Below are positions 56,207-64,000 of a DNA stretch of 64,000 bases, piece by piece (the first letter of the stretch is position 1; each line of letters starts with the position of its first letter). Both the position numbers and the translations under genes were made by a program. This stretch comes from a virus. The notes beneath the pieces were generated by a model. It saw only the letters and a list, made by a program, of their open reading frames with translations. It was not told where the DNA came from and did no database searches. The DNA is taken from IMG/VR virus record IMGVR_UViG_3300025914_000009, positions 1-64,000 of that record. One strand, 5' to 3'.

Positions 56207-56509
56207 ATGAGTTCACTTACTAAAAGGAATCTCAAGAAGAAGATTACAAAAATGTCTATCAATGAGGTCATATCACTTATAGACATAGGAATTGCTAATG
56301 GAGCAATAGATGCTAAAGATGAAGATCTCGTAGAGTTAGCCTTTTTAGCTCAGCATCAGCATGAAAGGGCTGGAACTAAGTTTGCTGGTATGATAAATGA
56401 GGGCAGGATAGCACTTTTCTTCAATGCCCTTGATACTACTGTTCCCTTAGGGACAATAGTGGAAACAATACAAGTTGAGGGTATGCTGGTATGCAAAAAG
56501 ATTAAGTAG
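56207..56509 (+). CDS. Hypothetical protein
   Basis: ORF track. Confidence 0.65.
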   Translation: MSSLTKRNLKKKITKMSINEVISLIDIGIANGAIDAKDEDLVELAFLAQHQHERAGTKFAGMINEGRIALFFNALDTTVPLGTIVETIQVEGMLVCKKIK

Positions 56510-56750
56510 GCGCTTTTTCATAATTGAAAAGAGTACCTCCCGATATATCTATATCTTGGGAGCTTTTAAGATATTATCACTATGAATAAAGCCAAATAGG
56601 AAAAGGCACAATCTGATTTCCTATGAAAGCAAAGCCCCTAAGGCCGATTTGCTGATATCCTGTCATCTTTATAAGAGACAGAGATTTCAAGCTGTACCCC
56701 TGAAACCCACAGGGGGGAGGAGAGTTCCTCTCCCTTCTTATTTTAATAAT

Positions 56751-57056
56751 ATGGAAATAGTAGCATTTGACAAACTAGAACTAACTGCCAGTGAGATATA
56801 CTATGGCCTAGTGAAGGTGAATGAAGATGGAGACTATTACTATTATACCGAACCATGGAAGGAGAAGATATATGTCTGGTTACCACCACATGTAATCAGG
56901 GCTCACAATACAGGAAATCTGCGAACTTTAACTCTATTTGAGCACGAAGTAGGCCCATGGACTGTTCGTGAGTTTAGTATATATCTGGAGGAGACTTCAT
57001 ATATGCGCAAACAGAAACTACTAAAATTAACGAAACGAAAAAAACAAACTTTATGA
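56751..57056 (+). CDS. Hypothetical protein (start MEIVAFDK)
   Basis: ATG after a hairpin and A/T-rich UTR. Confidence 0.65.
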   Translation: MEIVAFDKLELTASEIYYGLVKVNEDGDYYYYTEPWKEKIYVWLPPHVIRAHNTGNLRTLTLFEHEVGPWTVREFSIYLEETSYMRKQKLLKLTKRKKQTL

Positions 57057-57172
57057 AGGTCAGAAAAACGATGGTAGCAATCCTAATTCTGGTGCTTGGT
57101 ATGATGGTGATCTCTTGTTCATCTTCTCGTAGGGGCTGTTATGCCACTCAGAAGTATGTCGGTTATCACTAA
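57053..57172 (+). CDS. Small lipoprotein, 39 aa
   Basis: MKVRKTMVAILILVLGMMVISCSSSRRGCYATQKYVGYH; lipobox VIS-C; ATGA overlap. Confidence 0.7.
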   Translation: MKVRKTMVAILILVLGMMVISCSSSRRGCYATQKYVGYH

Positions 57173-57520
57173 AATTGAACATGGGTAGTTTTCTGCCCAT
57201 GTTTCCAACTTCTTTCACTGAAAAACAGTATTCACTATAATAGGATAATCAGTGATCTCATGTAAAAATTTCTCGAACAACAATTAAGCTCAAGGGGGAG
57301 GAATGAATACTGTCCTGCCCCTTTTTATATTATTGAAAATCCCTAAATATGAACTATAGTAGAAGATACCAGAAAAGAGCACATACTCAGGGCCTAATAA
57401 CAGGACTCATAATATTTGTGATGTTCTTTCTGGCAATTTTCGGACGATTTTTATGGTAGAACCCCTCAAACGGCTACCATGAACTAGGGAGGAGAATAAA
57501 TCTCTCCTCTCTTTCCATTA

Positions 57521-57629
57521 TGTCCCTTAACTCAACGGTAGAGTATTCCGATAGCTGCAAGGGTAATTATTAACTTTTAACCCTTTTTCAGTGAATCAGA
57601 AAGTACCTGTTCGATTCAGGTAGGGACAG
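57521..57629 (+). ncRNA. tRNA-like RNA with greatly extended anticodon arm
   Basis: TGTCCCT/AGGGACA acceptor; ACTC-AACGGTA-GAGT D arm; ACCTG-TTCGATT-CAGGT T arm. Confidence 0.75.
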
Positions 57630-57935
57630 CTGTACAGCTTTAAGTATCAATGCTCTATAGGTGATCTACATGGAGAGATCACTAAATAGACAGTGTGCAA
57701 TAGTCTGAAACAGAGACTGCATAAGTGCTGGTAGTGGATAAGAAATACGCCACATTTAGAACATTGATACAGCTGTTGTATTGGTCAGCAAGGTACACCC
57801 TGAGAACGGATGTATCTTGTTTTGTTATGTCTGTCAAGTTGTTTTTTCATAGGATGTACCGCACAGCTGAAGTACAGAAGCTTGATCTGTATGGAGGCTG
57901 TGCATTTTTATTTCGAGTTACTAATACCTAGATAT

Positions 57936-58211
57936 ATGAGGCACAATGCTTACAGCTACCAACCGCAACTAAAAGTGGATTGCTACCACGTTGCCCAAGC
58001 CCCTAAGCTGTTCGTGAAAAGGGTAGAATTGCTTGAACTTATGAAAATGTGGTCACCTCATCACCCAAATGAAACCCTGTCCAAAGATGATGCTTACTAC
58101 GTAGAGTGTCAGGAAAGAGGGTTCGTTGACTGGAAAACTGCAAAAGTCTATACTTCCAAGCTACTGATCGGTAGAAACAATGTATTTGTTATTAAGATCC
58201 GTAAGCACTAA
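57936..58211 (+). CDS. Hypothetical protein (start uncertain)
   Basis: 3' part of track ORF 57810-58211. Confidence 0.5.
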   Translation: MRHNAYSYQPQLKVDCYHVAQAPKLFVKRVELLELMKMWSPHHPNETLSKDDAYYVECQERGFVDWKTAKVYTSKLLIGRNNVFVIKIRKH

Positions 58212-58579
58212 ATCTGTAATGTAACAGTACAATTTTCTCATCTCAAGAAGAATCGTAGTACCAACTACGGTTTAATTGAGAACAGTTCCCCTTGTTCTCA
58301 GGGGGAACTTAAATTAAAAAAGGAGGTATGTATGATTCAGTTGACAGAAGGGGTTTATCTCTGGTTATCACCATGGAAGGTTGAGAGAATCGACCTAGAG
58401 GTATTGGAAGAGCCAGAAGATATGTTCTTTCTCAATTAAGCTTTCTCTCATCCCCTAAGGGAATAGATGTACACTATTCCTTGAAGGGAGATTATAGTTC
58501 GAACTATTTGGTTAACAATGAAATGTAGCGTGTTTTTATTTGTTAACATGCTAAACCTGGTTCTCTTGTAGCGGCTTAT

Positions 58580-59131
58580 ATGGCAGGAATAGTGAAAGTT
58601 CACCGACATGGTGACACATTTGCCACAATGAACCCAGCAACTGGGGAGTGGCAGGAAATGGTGAATGTAGTCTTCGTTGAAGAGGGAAGACAAGGTGTAA
58701 ATCGCACATTGTCAGACACTTCAGATTATCTAAGCCAAATGATGGGTGAAGATGTGGGTCTAAAGAACACAAGGACTCATACTCAGCCTGTTAAGAAAGA
58801 GGCAATAGATAAAGGTCTCTTCCCTGTAGGATTTGAAATGCCTGGTTATATCAATCGTGAGATGTATTCCACACCTCAGATGGCAAACCAGCAGGATAAA
58901 ATCCCAAGGGTAGTAGATGGGAAGATTACATACTTTAAGACAAGCATCGAGGCAACGCCTAAAGATGATGCAGATTACAGGATAGCAGTAGCCAATGTGG
59001 ATATTGTACCTCAGGAGTTGATAACTCAGGCAGCACAAAACCTGAGAGCAACTCAGGTGCGTACAATCCACAGAGCCCCAAATCCTGTCCTACAGAGCAC
59101 TAATGCTCCATTAAGACAGGAACAGGTATAG
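58580..59131 (+). CDS. Hypothetical protein, 183 aa
   Basis: ORF track. Confidence 0.75.
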   Translation: MAGIVKVHRHGDTFATMNPATGEWQEMVNVVFVEEGRQGVNRTLSDTSDYLSQMMGEDVGLKNTRTHTQPVKKEAIDKGLFPVGFEMPGYINREMYSTPQMANQQDKIPRVVDGKITYFKTSIEATPKDDADYRIAVANVDIVPQELITQAAQNLRATQVRTIHRAPNPVLQSTNAPLRQEQV

Positions 59132-59238
59132 AGATGTCAATTATTAGTATATCTCAAAAGCGGAAAGGAGTTTCTACTCCTTTCTTTTAGTGTTATGTTT
59201 TTAATGGGTGGGGAGGGACTAACAATCCCTCCTTTTTT

Positions 59239-59345
59239 CGTTTCTTAGCACAAGGGTAGTGTATTACTTCTCTGGGCCGTTTTTCTATAAGAGTAGTAAA
59301 TTGGAGTGAGAAGTAAGGGTGAGAGTTCGACCCTCTCAGAAACGG
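59239..59345 (+). ncRNA. Second tRNA-like RNA with extended anticodon arm
   Basis: CGTTTCT/AGAAACG acceptor; GCAC-AAGGGTA-GTGT D arm; TTACTTCTC/GAGAAGTAA stem; GAGAG-TTCGACC-CTCTC T arm. Confidence 0.75.
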
Positions 59346-59415
59346 CGGATCTGTTTTAAAAGGTTATCAAAGAGTATATTTTGCGACGGCCCCTGTTTCT
59401 ACAGTGGGCCTCTTC

Positions 59416-59476
59416 TTATTACACTGGCTAGTGTATTCCTTAAGGGATAGTAAGGTTCGAATCCTTACATAATAGC
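59416..59476 (+). ncRNA. Miniature tRNA-like element
   Basis: GTAAGG-TTCGAAT-CCTTAC T arm; CACT/AGTG and TCC/GGA hairpins; TTATTA/TAATAG closing stem. Confidence 0.5.
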
Positions 59477-59590
59477 GACTTCACGAAGTGACCTTTGGTT
59501 GGGGCACAGAAGTCAATCACTATTGTTAAAAATGTCCTTACAGGACAGGGAACCATTCGAGAGGAGTTTCTACTCCTCTCACTCTTTTTT

Positions 59591-59663
59591 GGGTGTGTAG
59601 CTCAATGGATAGAGTGTCTGACTTCGGATCAGAAAGTTAAGGGTTCGAATCCCTTCATGCCCA
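59591..59663 (+). tRNA. tRNA-Arg(TCG)
   Basis: Canonical cloverleaf; TCTGA-CTTCGGA-TCAGA. Confidence 0.92.
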
Positions 59664-59855
59664 CAGGTTTTATGGCTAATGGTGTTTGATTAGTATTGCA
59701 AGAATTTAGCAATAATCAGTACTATTAAACGCGCCCTGAGTTTCTACTTGGGGCTCTTTTTTATTAACAAACTTAGTTTTTTTTTTAGAGCATATAATCG
59801 TTAGAGCCCTCTTGTGTCTACAGGAGGGCATTTTTAACCAAAAAAACCAAAAATT

Positions 59856-60563
59856 ATGACTAAGGTATATACCCCTGAAGGGAGCCTGCAGTTGAATCAC
59901 CAGCCTATATGGCAGGATGATACAGTCATTCCAGAGAAATACTACAAAAACCCTCAAAGCAGGCTGATAAAAAAGAGGGAAAAAGAAAGAGAGAAAGCAT
60001 CCTTCGAAAGGAAGTTTCAATTAACGGGATTAAAGGAAAGTACATGTCCTACACATGGAGTTCTTCCCATAAATAGATTTGGTGTTTTAGTAAGAAAAGG
60101 CAGGGCCTACGTAGATAAGCAATGTATAAAGTGTAAAAGTGCAAAACGACGAAAGATATCTACTAAAAGGAGGTCTACTGACCATAACATGAAGGAAAGA
60201 CAGAAAGAAGCAGTAAAGTTCCTTGCTGACTGGTATATAGATAGACTTTTAGTATGCTCCGGAATAAAGAAGGATCAAATAACTCCTGAAATGAGAGCAA
60301 GAAAAAGAATGGACTTAGAAGAGAAAAGGGAAAGGATAAAAAACCCGGGGGAAGTAAAGTATAAGACGAAAAAAAGCAGGAGGGGGAGAATGAAACTCTC
60401 TAAGTGGTATATAGATTCCATAATAAGGAATAGGAAATCATATAAAGGTGAAGAGATAACTGAGAAGATGAGAGAGAAAGTGAGAAATGAAATATATAAC
60501 AAAAGGCAGTCAGATGATAAAAGGTTCAGAGGAGTGAAACAAAGATTACAACAGGAAACTTAA
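59856..60563 (+). CDS. Very basic protein with CxxH/CxxC motif and duplicated WYID helical module
   Basis: CPTHG...CIKC; LADWYIDRLL..ITPEMR and LSKWYIDSII..ITEKMR. Confidence 0.7.
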   Translation: MTKVYTPEGSLQLNHQPIWQDDTVIPEKYYKNPQSRLIKKREKEREKASFERKFQLTGLKESTCPTHGVLPINRFGVLVRKGRAYVDKQCIKCKSAKRRKISTKRRSTDHNMKERQKEAVKFLADWYIDRLLVCSGIKKDQITPEMRARKRMDLEEKRERIKNPGEVKYKTKKSRRGRMKLSKWYIDSIIRNRKSYKGEEITEKMREKVRNEIYNKRQSDDKRFRGVKQRLQQET

Positions 60564-60657
60564 CAAATATAAAATGCAACTCAGGCCGTTTTTTTATAAT
60601 TCAGACCAGTAGGAGGGGTTTCTACCCCTCTTTTCATTTCATCATCAATCACCTAAT

Positions 60658-61491
60658 ATGAGATACAGAGCAAAAAATGATACAATTCTTGAGCATGAAG
60701 GAAAAGAAACCCTTACTGCCAAAGGGGACAAAGTATATGTCCAGCAATACAATGACAGATGGAAAGTTTTTAGTTTCTACAGCAGAAACATAGTTGTTTG
60801 TTGCACTAAAGATGAACTCATGGAATGGTTCTGTCCAGAAGATGAGTTCCAGAAACCCCCAAGGGAGAATAAATTTAGGGGTAGGTCATTTGGGAACAAA
60901 CTAATGACAGCTTTAATGCTAATAGCTCCTCTCATCACCACAGCTCAGATGAGTCCTGTAAAATGGAGTTATAATGCTGTAAGAGTAGACTCCAACTACT
61001 TTGAATTCCATCTAAGAGCTGATATCTATAGAGGATGGTGGATATATGAACCTAATAGACAAGAAGCATGTCCATATTCACCAATAGTTACCTTTGAGAG
61101 ATCCCCCCTTATGAAGCCTATAGAAAAACTATGCGTAATAGAATATGCCTATTATGCTGACAATGAAGAAATTGAGGGTGTAAATCCTCCACTGTGTCCT
61201 GTACCACAATATAAAACCAGTGTAATTTTTGTACAATTATTTAAAATGCCCATAAACAGGCTAGGGACTGTAAAAGGACAGATTATCTACCAGGCATTAG
61301 GAAGATATGTAATAGAACCTCCTATAACTGAGCAGTTTAGTATTAATGTAGGAGATGATTCAAACCTCGTGAGAACCAATTGTACTGCCGGTATTGCTAC
61401 TATTTACCCCAAGAGGACTATGAGAAAAGTACTCTGGTGGATAAGACATCCATTTGGCCCATCTTATATCAGCAAAAAAATTGTACCATAA
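60658..61491 (+). CDS. Protein with DsbD-N/DsbC-like domain after an internal signal-like segment
   Basis: LMTALMLIAPLITTAQ-MSPVKWSY...LRADIYRGWWIY...FVQLFK...VKGQIIYQA. Confidence 0.6.
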   Translation: MRYRAKNDTILEHEGKETLTAKGDKVYVQQYNDRWKVFSFYSRNIVVCCTKDELMEWFCPEDEFQKPPRENKFRGRSFGNKLMTALMLIAPLITTAQMSPVKWSYNAVRVDSNYFEFHLRADIYRGWWIYEPNRQEACPYSPIVTFERSPLMKPIEKLCVIEYAYYADNEEIEGVNPPLCPVPQYKTSVIFVQLFKMPINRLGTVKGQIIYQALGRYVIEPPITEQFSINVGDDSNLVRTNCTAGIATIYPKRTMRKVLWWIRHPFGPSYISKKIVP

Positions 61492-61926
61492 CTCTAGGGG
61501 AGCGAGAGGAGGGAATTGTTCATCCTTCAAAGGGTTAGCCCTCTATCACAAACTCCCCTATTCTTTAAATTATGAAACAAAAAAGAAAACAACGCGAAGA
61601 GCCCCTATTTTGGGGTATCGTAGGAATATTACTAGCATTTTATATGATATATCAAACATATAATATGCGTTAAAGATTGTCTGCACTTGATGTTGAAAAA
61701 TCCAAGTACCAGGGAATGATGTTCCCACAGCTCTGTGGAAGCTTAAGAGGGGGAAGGCAGACAAGAGTATAGACTTGTCCGTCTGATAGTCCAGTTACAT
61801 AAAAAGTGTTGTTCTGGTTGACATAACTATCAGGCTTTGTGCATCTCAACCATGGTTTGGTCTTAAGTGCACAGCCAATAGGTGTCTTCTCCCTTTTTAT
61901 TCAGTCATTTATTAAATCAACATAAA

Positions 61927-62301
61927 ATGAAGAAAAAAGACCAAACCAAAGAAGCAAGTGAGGGAATATCAATAATTGAGGTTCCCTTTACAGCACGAGA
62001 AAAGAAAGCTTTGGGTAAAATCCTCGAAACCCCTCACTGGGGAAGGAGGAAACTGAAGGACGAATTTATTGCCGACAATGGTAGGCTATCTGAAGAAGTA
62101 GATGCCTACATTATGGCTAATGGGAAGCGTAAGAGAGTTAATGAAGCAGTAAGTGATTCTGGATCAGCGAATGATCCTATAGGCTCTAAGGAGAATAAAA
62201 AGCTGAGTGAGCCTGTAAAAGCACCTACCTCTGAGCTCAGAATGCAAATCAAAGGTCTCAGAATAGAAGGTGATATTCTGGTTATTGAGCTCAATAAGTA
62301 G
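61927..62301 (+). CDS. Hypothetical protein (start MKKKDQ)
   Basis: ATG with A-rich UTR inside the track ORF. Confidence 0.65.
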   Translation: MKKKDQTKEASEGISIIEVPFTAREKKALGKILETPHWGRRKLKDEFIADNGRLSEEVDAYIMANGKRKRVNEAVSDSGSANDPIGSKENKKLSEPVKAPTSELRMQIKGLRIEGDILVIELNK

Positions 62302-62665
62302 TTTTAACTAATTCGGATCAGGAGTAGGACAAACTCCAGAGAGGGGGGCATTGATAATACCAACTTTGTCCACCTCTCAATTCATTTCTGATTAGTAGCA
62401 ACGATCAGAACCATCGGCAGAGCTGATGATATGGGCAAGAAACAAGCTAAACTGATCCAAAATAGAGTACCTCTATAGAGCAGATACACTTGAGGATCTA
62501 ACTTCTGTATTTCTTCCCATATAAAGCCACACACCACATATTCAAAGTAGTGGGGCCAAAGATATTTAATTTTTCTACAGTAAGGGACGTCTGAAACGTC
62601 GATTTAACCAAGAAAGGAGGGGTGTTTCTACACTCCTCTTCTTATTTAACTAAAAACATTAATAC

Positions 62666-62881
62666 ATGAAAAAGGAAAGATTTTTTAATATTGTTCATTG
62701 GGCATCATTCTGCTCTGTGGGACTTTTTGTGTGCTGGGCAATGATTATCTACTTCAGCCACTGGGATGAAGTTATGACTTCTAAAACACAGTTCATGTTG
62801 CAATGGAAGCCATTACTAGGCATATTCTTAAGCTTCGCATGTCAAATTGCTAGTAGTATACTATTAAACAGGGAAAAATGA
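62666..62881 (+). CDS. Small two-TM membrane protein
   Basis: Two hydrophobic segments. Confidence 0.65.
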   Translation: MKKERFFNIVHWASFCSVGLFVCWAMIIYFSHWDEVMTSKTQFMLQWKPLLGIFLSFACQIASSILLNREK

Positions 62882-63108
62882 AACTAGAATTCCCTCTTAC
62901 TGTAGCATACAATAAAGAAGACAAAAAGATTGGATGTGTCCTTTTGCAACCAGCAATGGGCGCCACACTTCCCTCAGGGGTAGTATCAAGCCTATTCGAT
63001 ACAGACAGTTGGGAATTAAGTCCTGTTAAATTAAAGCTGTATACCCTTCATAATCAAGAGCAGTTTGATCTCATGGTTAAAATCACTAAAGAAGCCAGAA
63101 AATCATGA
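62878..63108 (+). CDS. Hypothetical protein
   Basis: ATGA coupling. Confidence 0.65.
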   Translation: MKLEFPLTVAYNKEDKKIGCVLLQPAMGATLPSGVVSSLFDTDSWELSPVKLKLYTLHNQEQFDLMVKITKEARKS

Positions 63109-63314
63109 ACAATCATTTGGAAGAAGTATGTCAAATGGGCCAAGGGGCTAAATGTTGTAAATTCTTAACATTAGGCCCTGAGGGGTTTGCTTGCGCAAAA
63201 ACTGATCCAGCTTTGTATGCCGGGATTATTGCTACATGGCACCTTAGTCCACATGTTGCTCAAGGAGACAACTGTGAAGGAGCCCAAGGCTCTGTTTTAA
63301 ACAAAAAAAGATAG
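63105..63314 (+). CDS. Small Cys-rich protein
   Basis: CQMGQGAKCCKFL...CAK...GDNCEG. Confidence 0.65.
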   Translation: MNNHLEEVCQMGQGAKCCKFLTLGPEGFACAKTDPALYAGIIATWHLSPHVAQGDNCEGAQGSVLNKKR

Positions 63315-63342
63315 TCTATTAATTCACATAAAATACACGAAA

Positions 63343-63975
63343 ATGGAAACAAACCAAGCAACACTTGCAGACCTTGCTAAGTATGACATCTATGTAGTAG
63401 CAGACCGTTCAGGTTCAATGGGAAACACAGACATGCCAAATGGCAGAAGTCGTTGGAAAGCTGCTGAAGAAGGCACTATCGCAGTAGCTTCTAAAGCAAT
63501 CCAGTATGATCAGGATGGTATTACTGTAGGCATATTTGGTGGAAACACTATCAAACTTATTGATAATGTGAAGGATACTGCTGCAATCCAGAAAATCTTC
63601 ACAGAAAATGAGCCTGCTGCCGGCACTCCCACTGATCAGATGTTAAATCAGGTATTTGACAGGTACTTTGCTGCCAAAGCTGCAGGTAACAATCCTAAAC
63701 CAATCTTACTGGCAGTAATTACCGACGGTGAGCCTAATGACAGAGGTGCTACTAAAAAGGCTATTGTTGAAGCTACCAAAAAGATGGACAAAGATGAGGA
63801 AATTGCTATCTCTTTCCTGCAGATAGGAAATGATCCTTCTGCCGCCAGCTTTCTGGCTGAATTGGATGATGAACTGGTAGACAAAATGGGTGCTAAGTTC
63901 GACATTGTTGATACAAAGAAACTGGAAGATGTTGAAAACATCACAGAGACTCTGCTCGCAGCAATAAATGATTAG
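63343..63975 (+). CDS. vWA-domain protein
   Basis: MIDAS DRSGSM, GTPT, VITDGEP, FLQIG. Confidence 0.9.
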   Translation: METNQATLADLAKYDIYVVADRSGSMGNTDMPNGRSRWKAAEEGTIAVASKAIQYDQDGITVGIFGGNTIKLIDNVKDTAAIQKIFTENEPAAGTPTDQMLNQVFDRYFAAKAAGNNPKPILLAVITDGEPNDRGATKKAIVEATKKMDKDEEIAISFLQIGNDPSAASFLAELDDELVDKMGAKFDIVDTKKLEDVENITETLLAAIND

Positions 63976-64000
63976 TGATTCTTCCAAGCAGGTTAAGGAT

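Noticed and set aside
62422-62450. Hammerhead ribozyme (CTGATGA...GAAA); similar CTGATGA at 51561
   Set aside because: No convincing stems II and III or cleavage triplet.

Overview
The window is part of a crAss-like (Crassvirales-type) phage genome. Its TTTG-N20-TAnnTTTG promoters suggest a Bacteroidota host. From 1 to 47.0 kb (minus strand) is the virion module: terminase, portal, scaffold, major capsid, ring/hub/fibre proteins, an M15 endolysin, muzzle, cargo proteins and a 4107-aa virion RNA polymerase with a DFDID motif. From 47.1 to 50.5 kb (minus) is an array of 25 tRNAs covering all 20 amino acids. From 51.4 to 64 kb (plus) is an early/accessory region of small ORFs, tRNA-like RNAs and structured intergenic segments. 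The main finding is that the tRNA array is three operons. Each is headed by its own promoter, a 22-26 aa leader peptide not called as such by the ORF track, and a terminator/antiterminator pair. Each leader carries 11-12 consecutive codons for exactly the amino acids of the tRNAs behind it (FRHTWFTFCPQP; LLSYYSSSLLL; IVDNGIVRGAEK), and the three operons partition all 61 sense codons. This looks like ribosome-stalling attenuation that supplies the matching tRNA subset only when the host pool is depleted or cleaved. All calls were made by eye without searches; tRNA ends are +/-1-2 nt.
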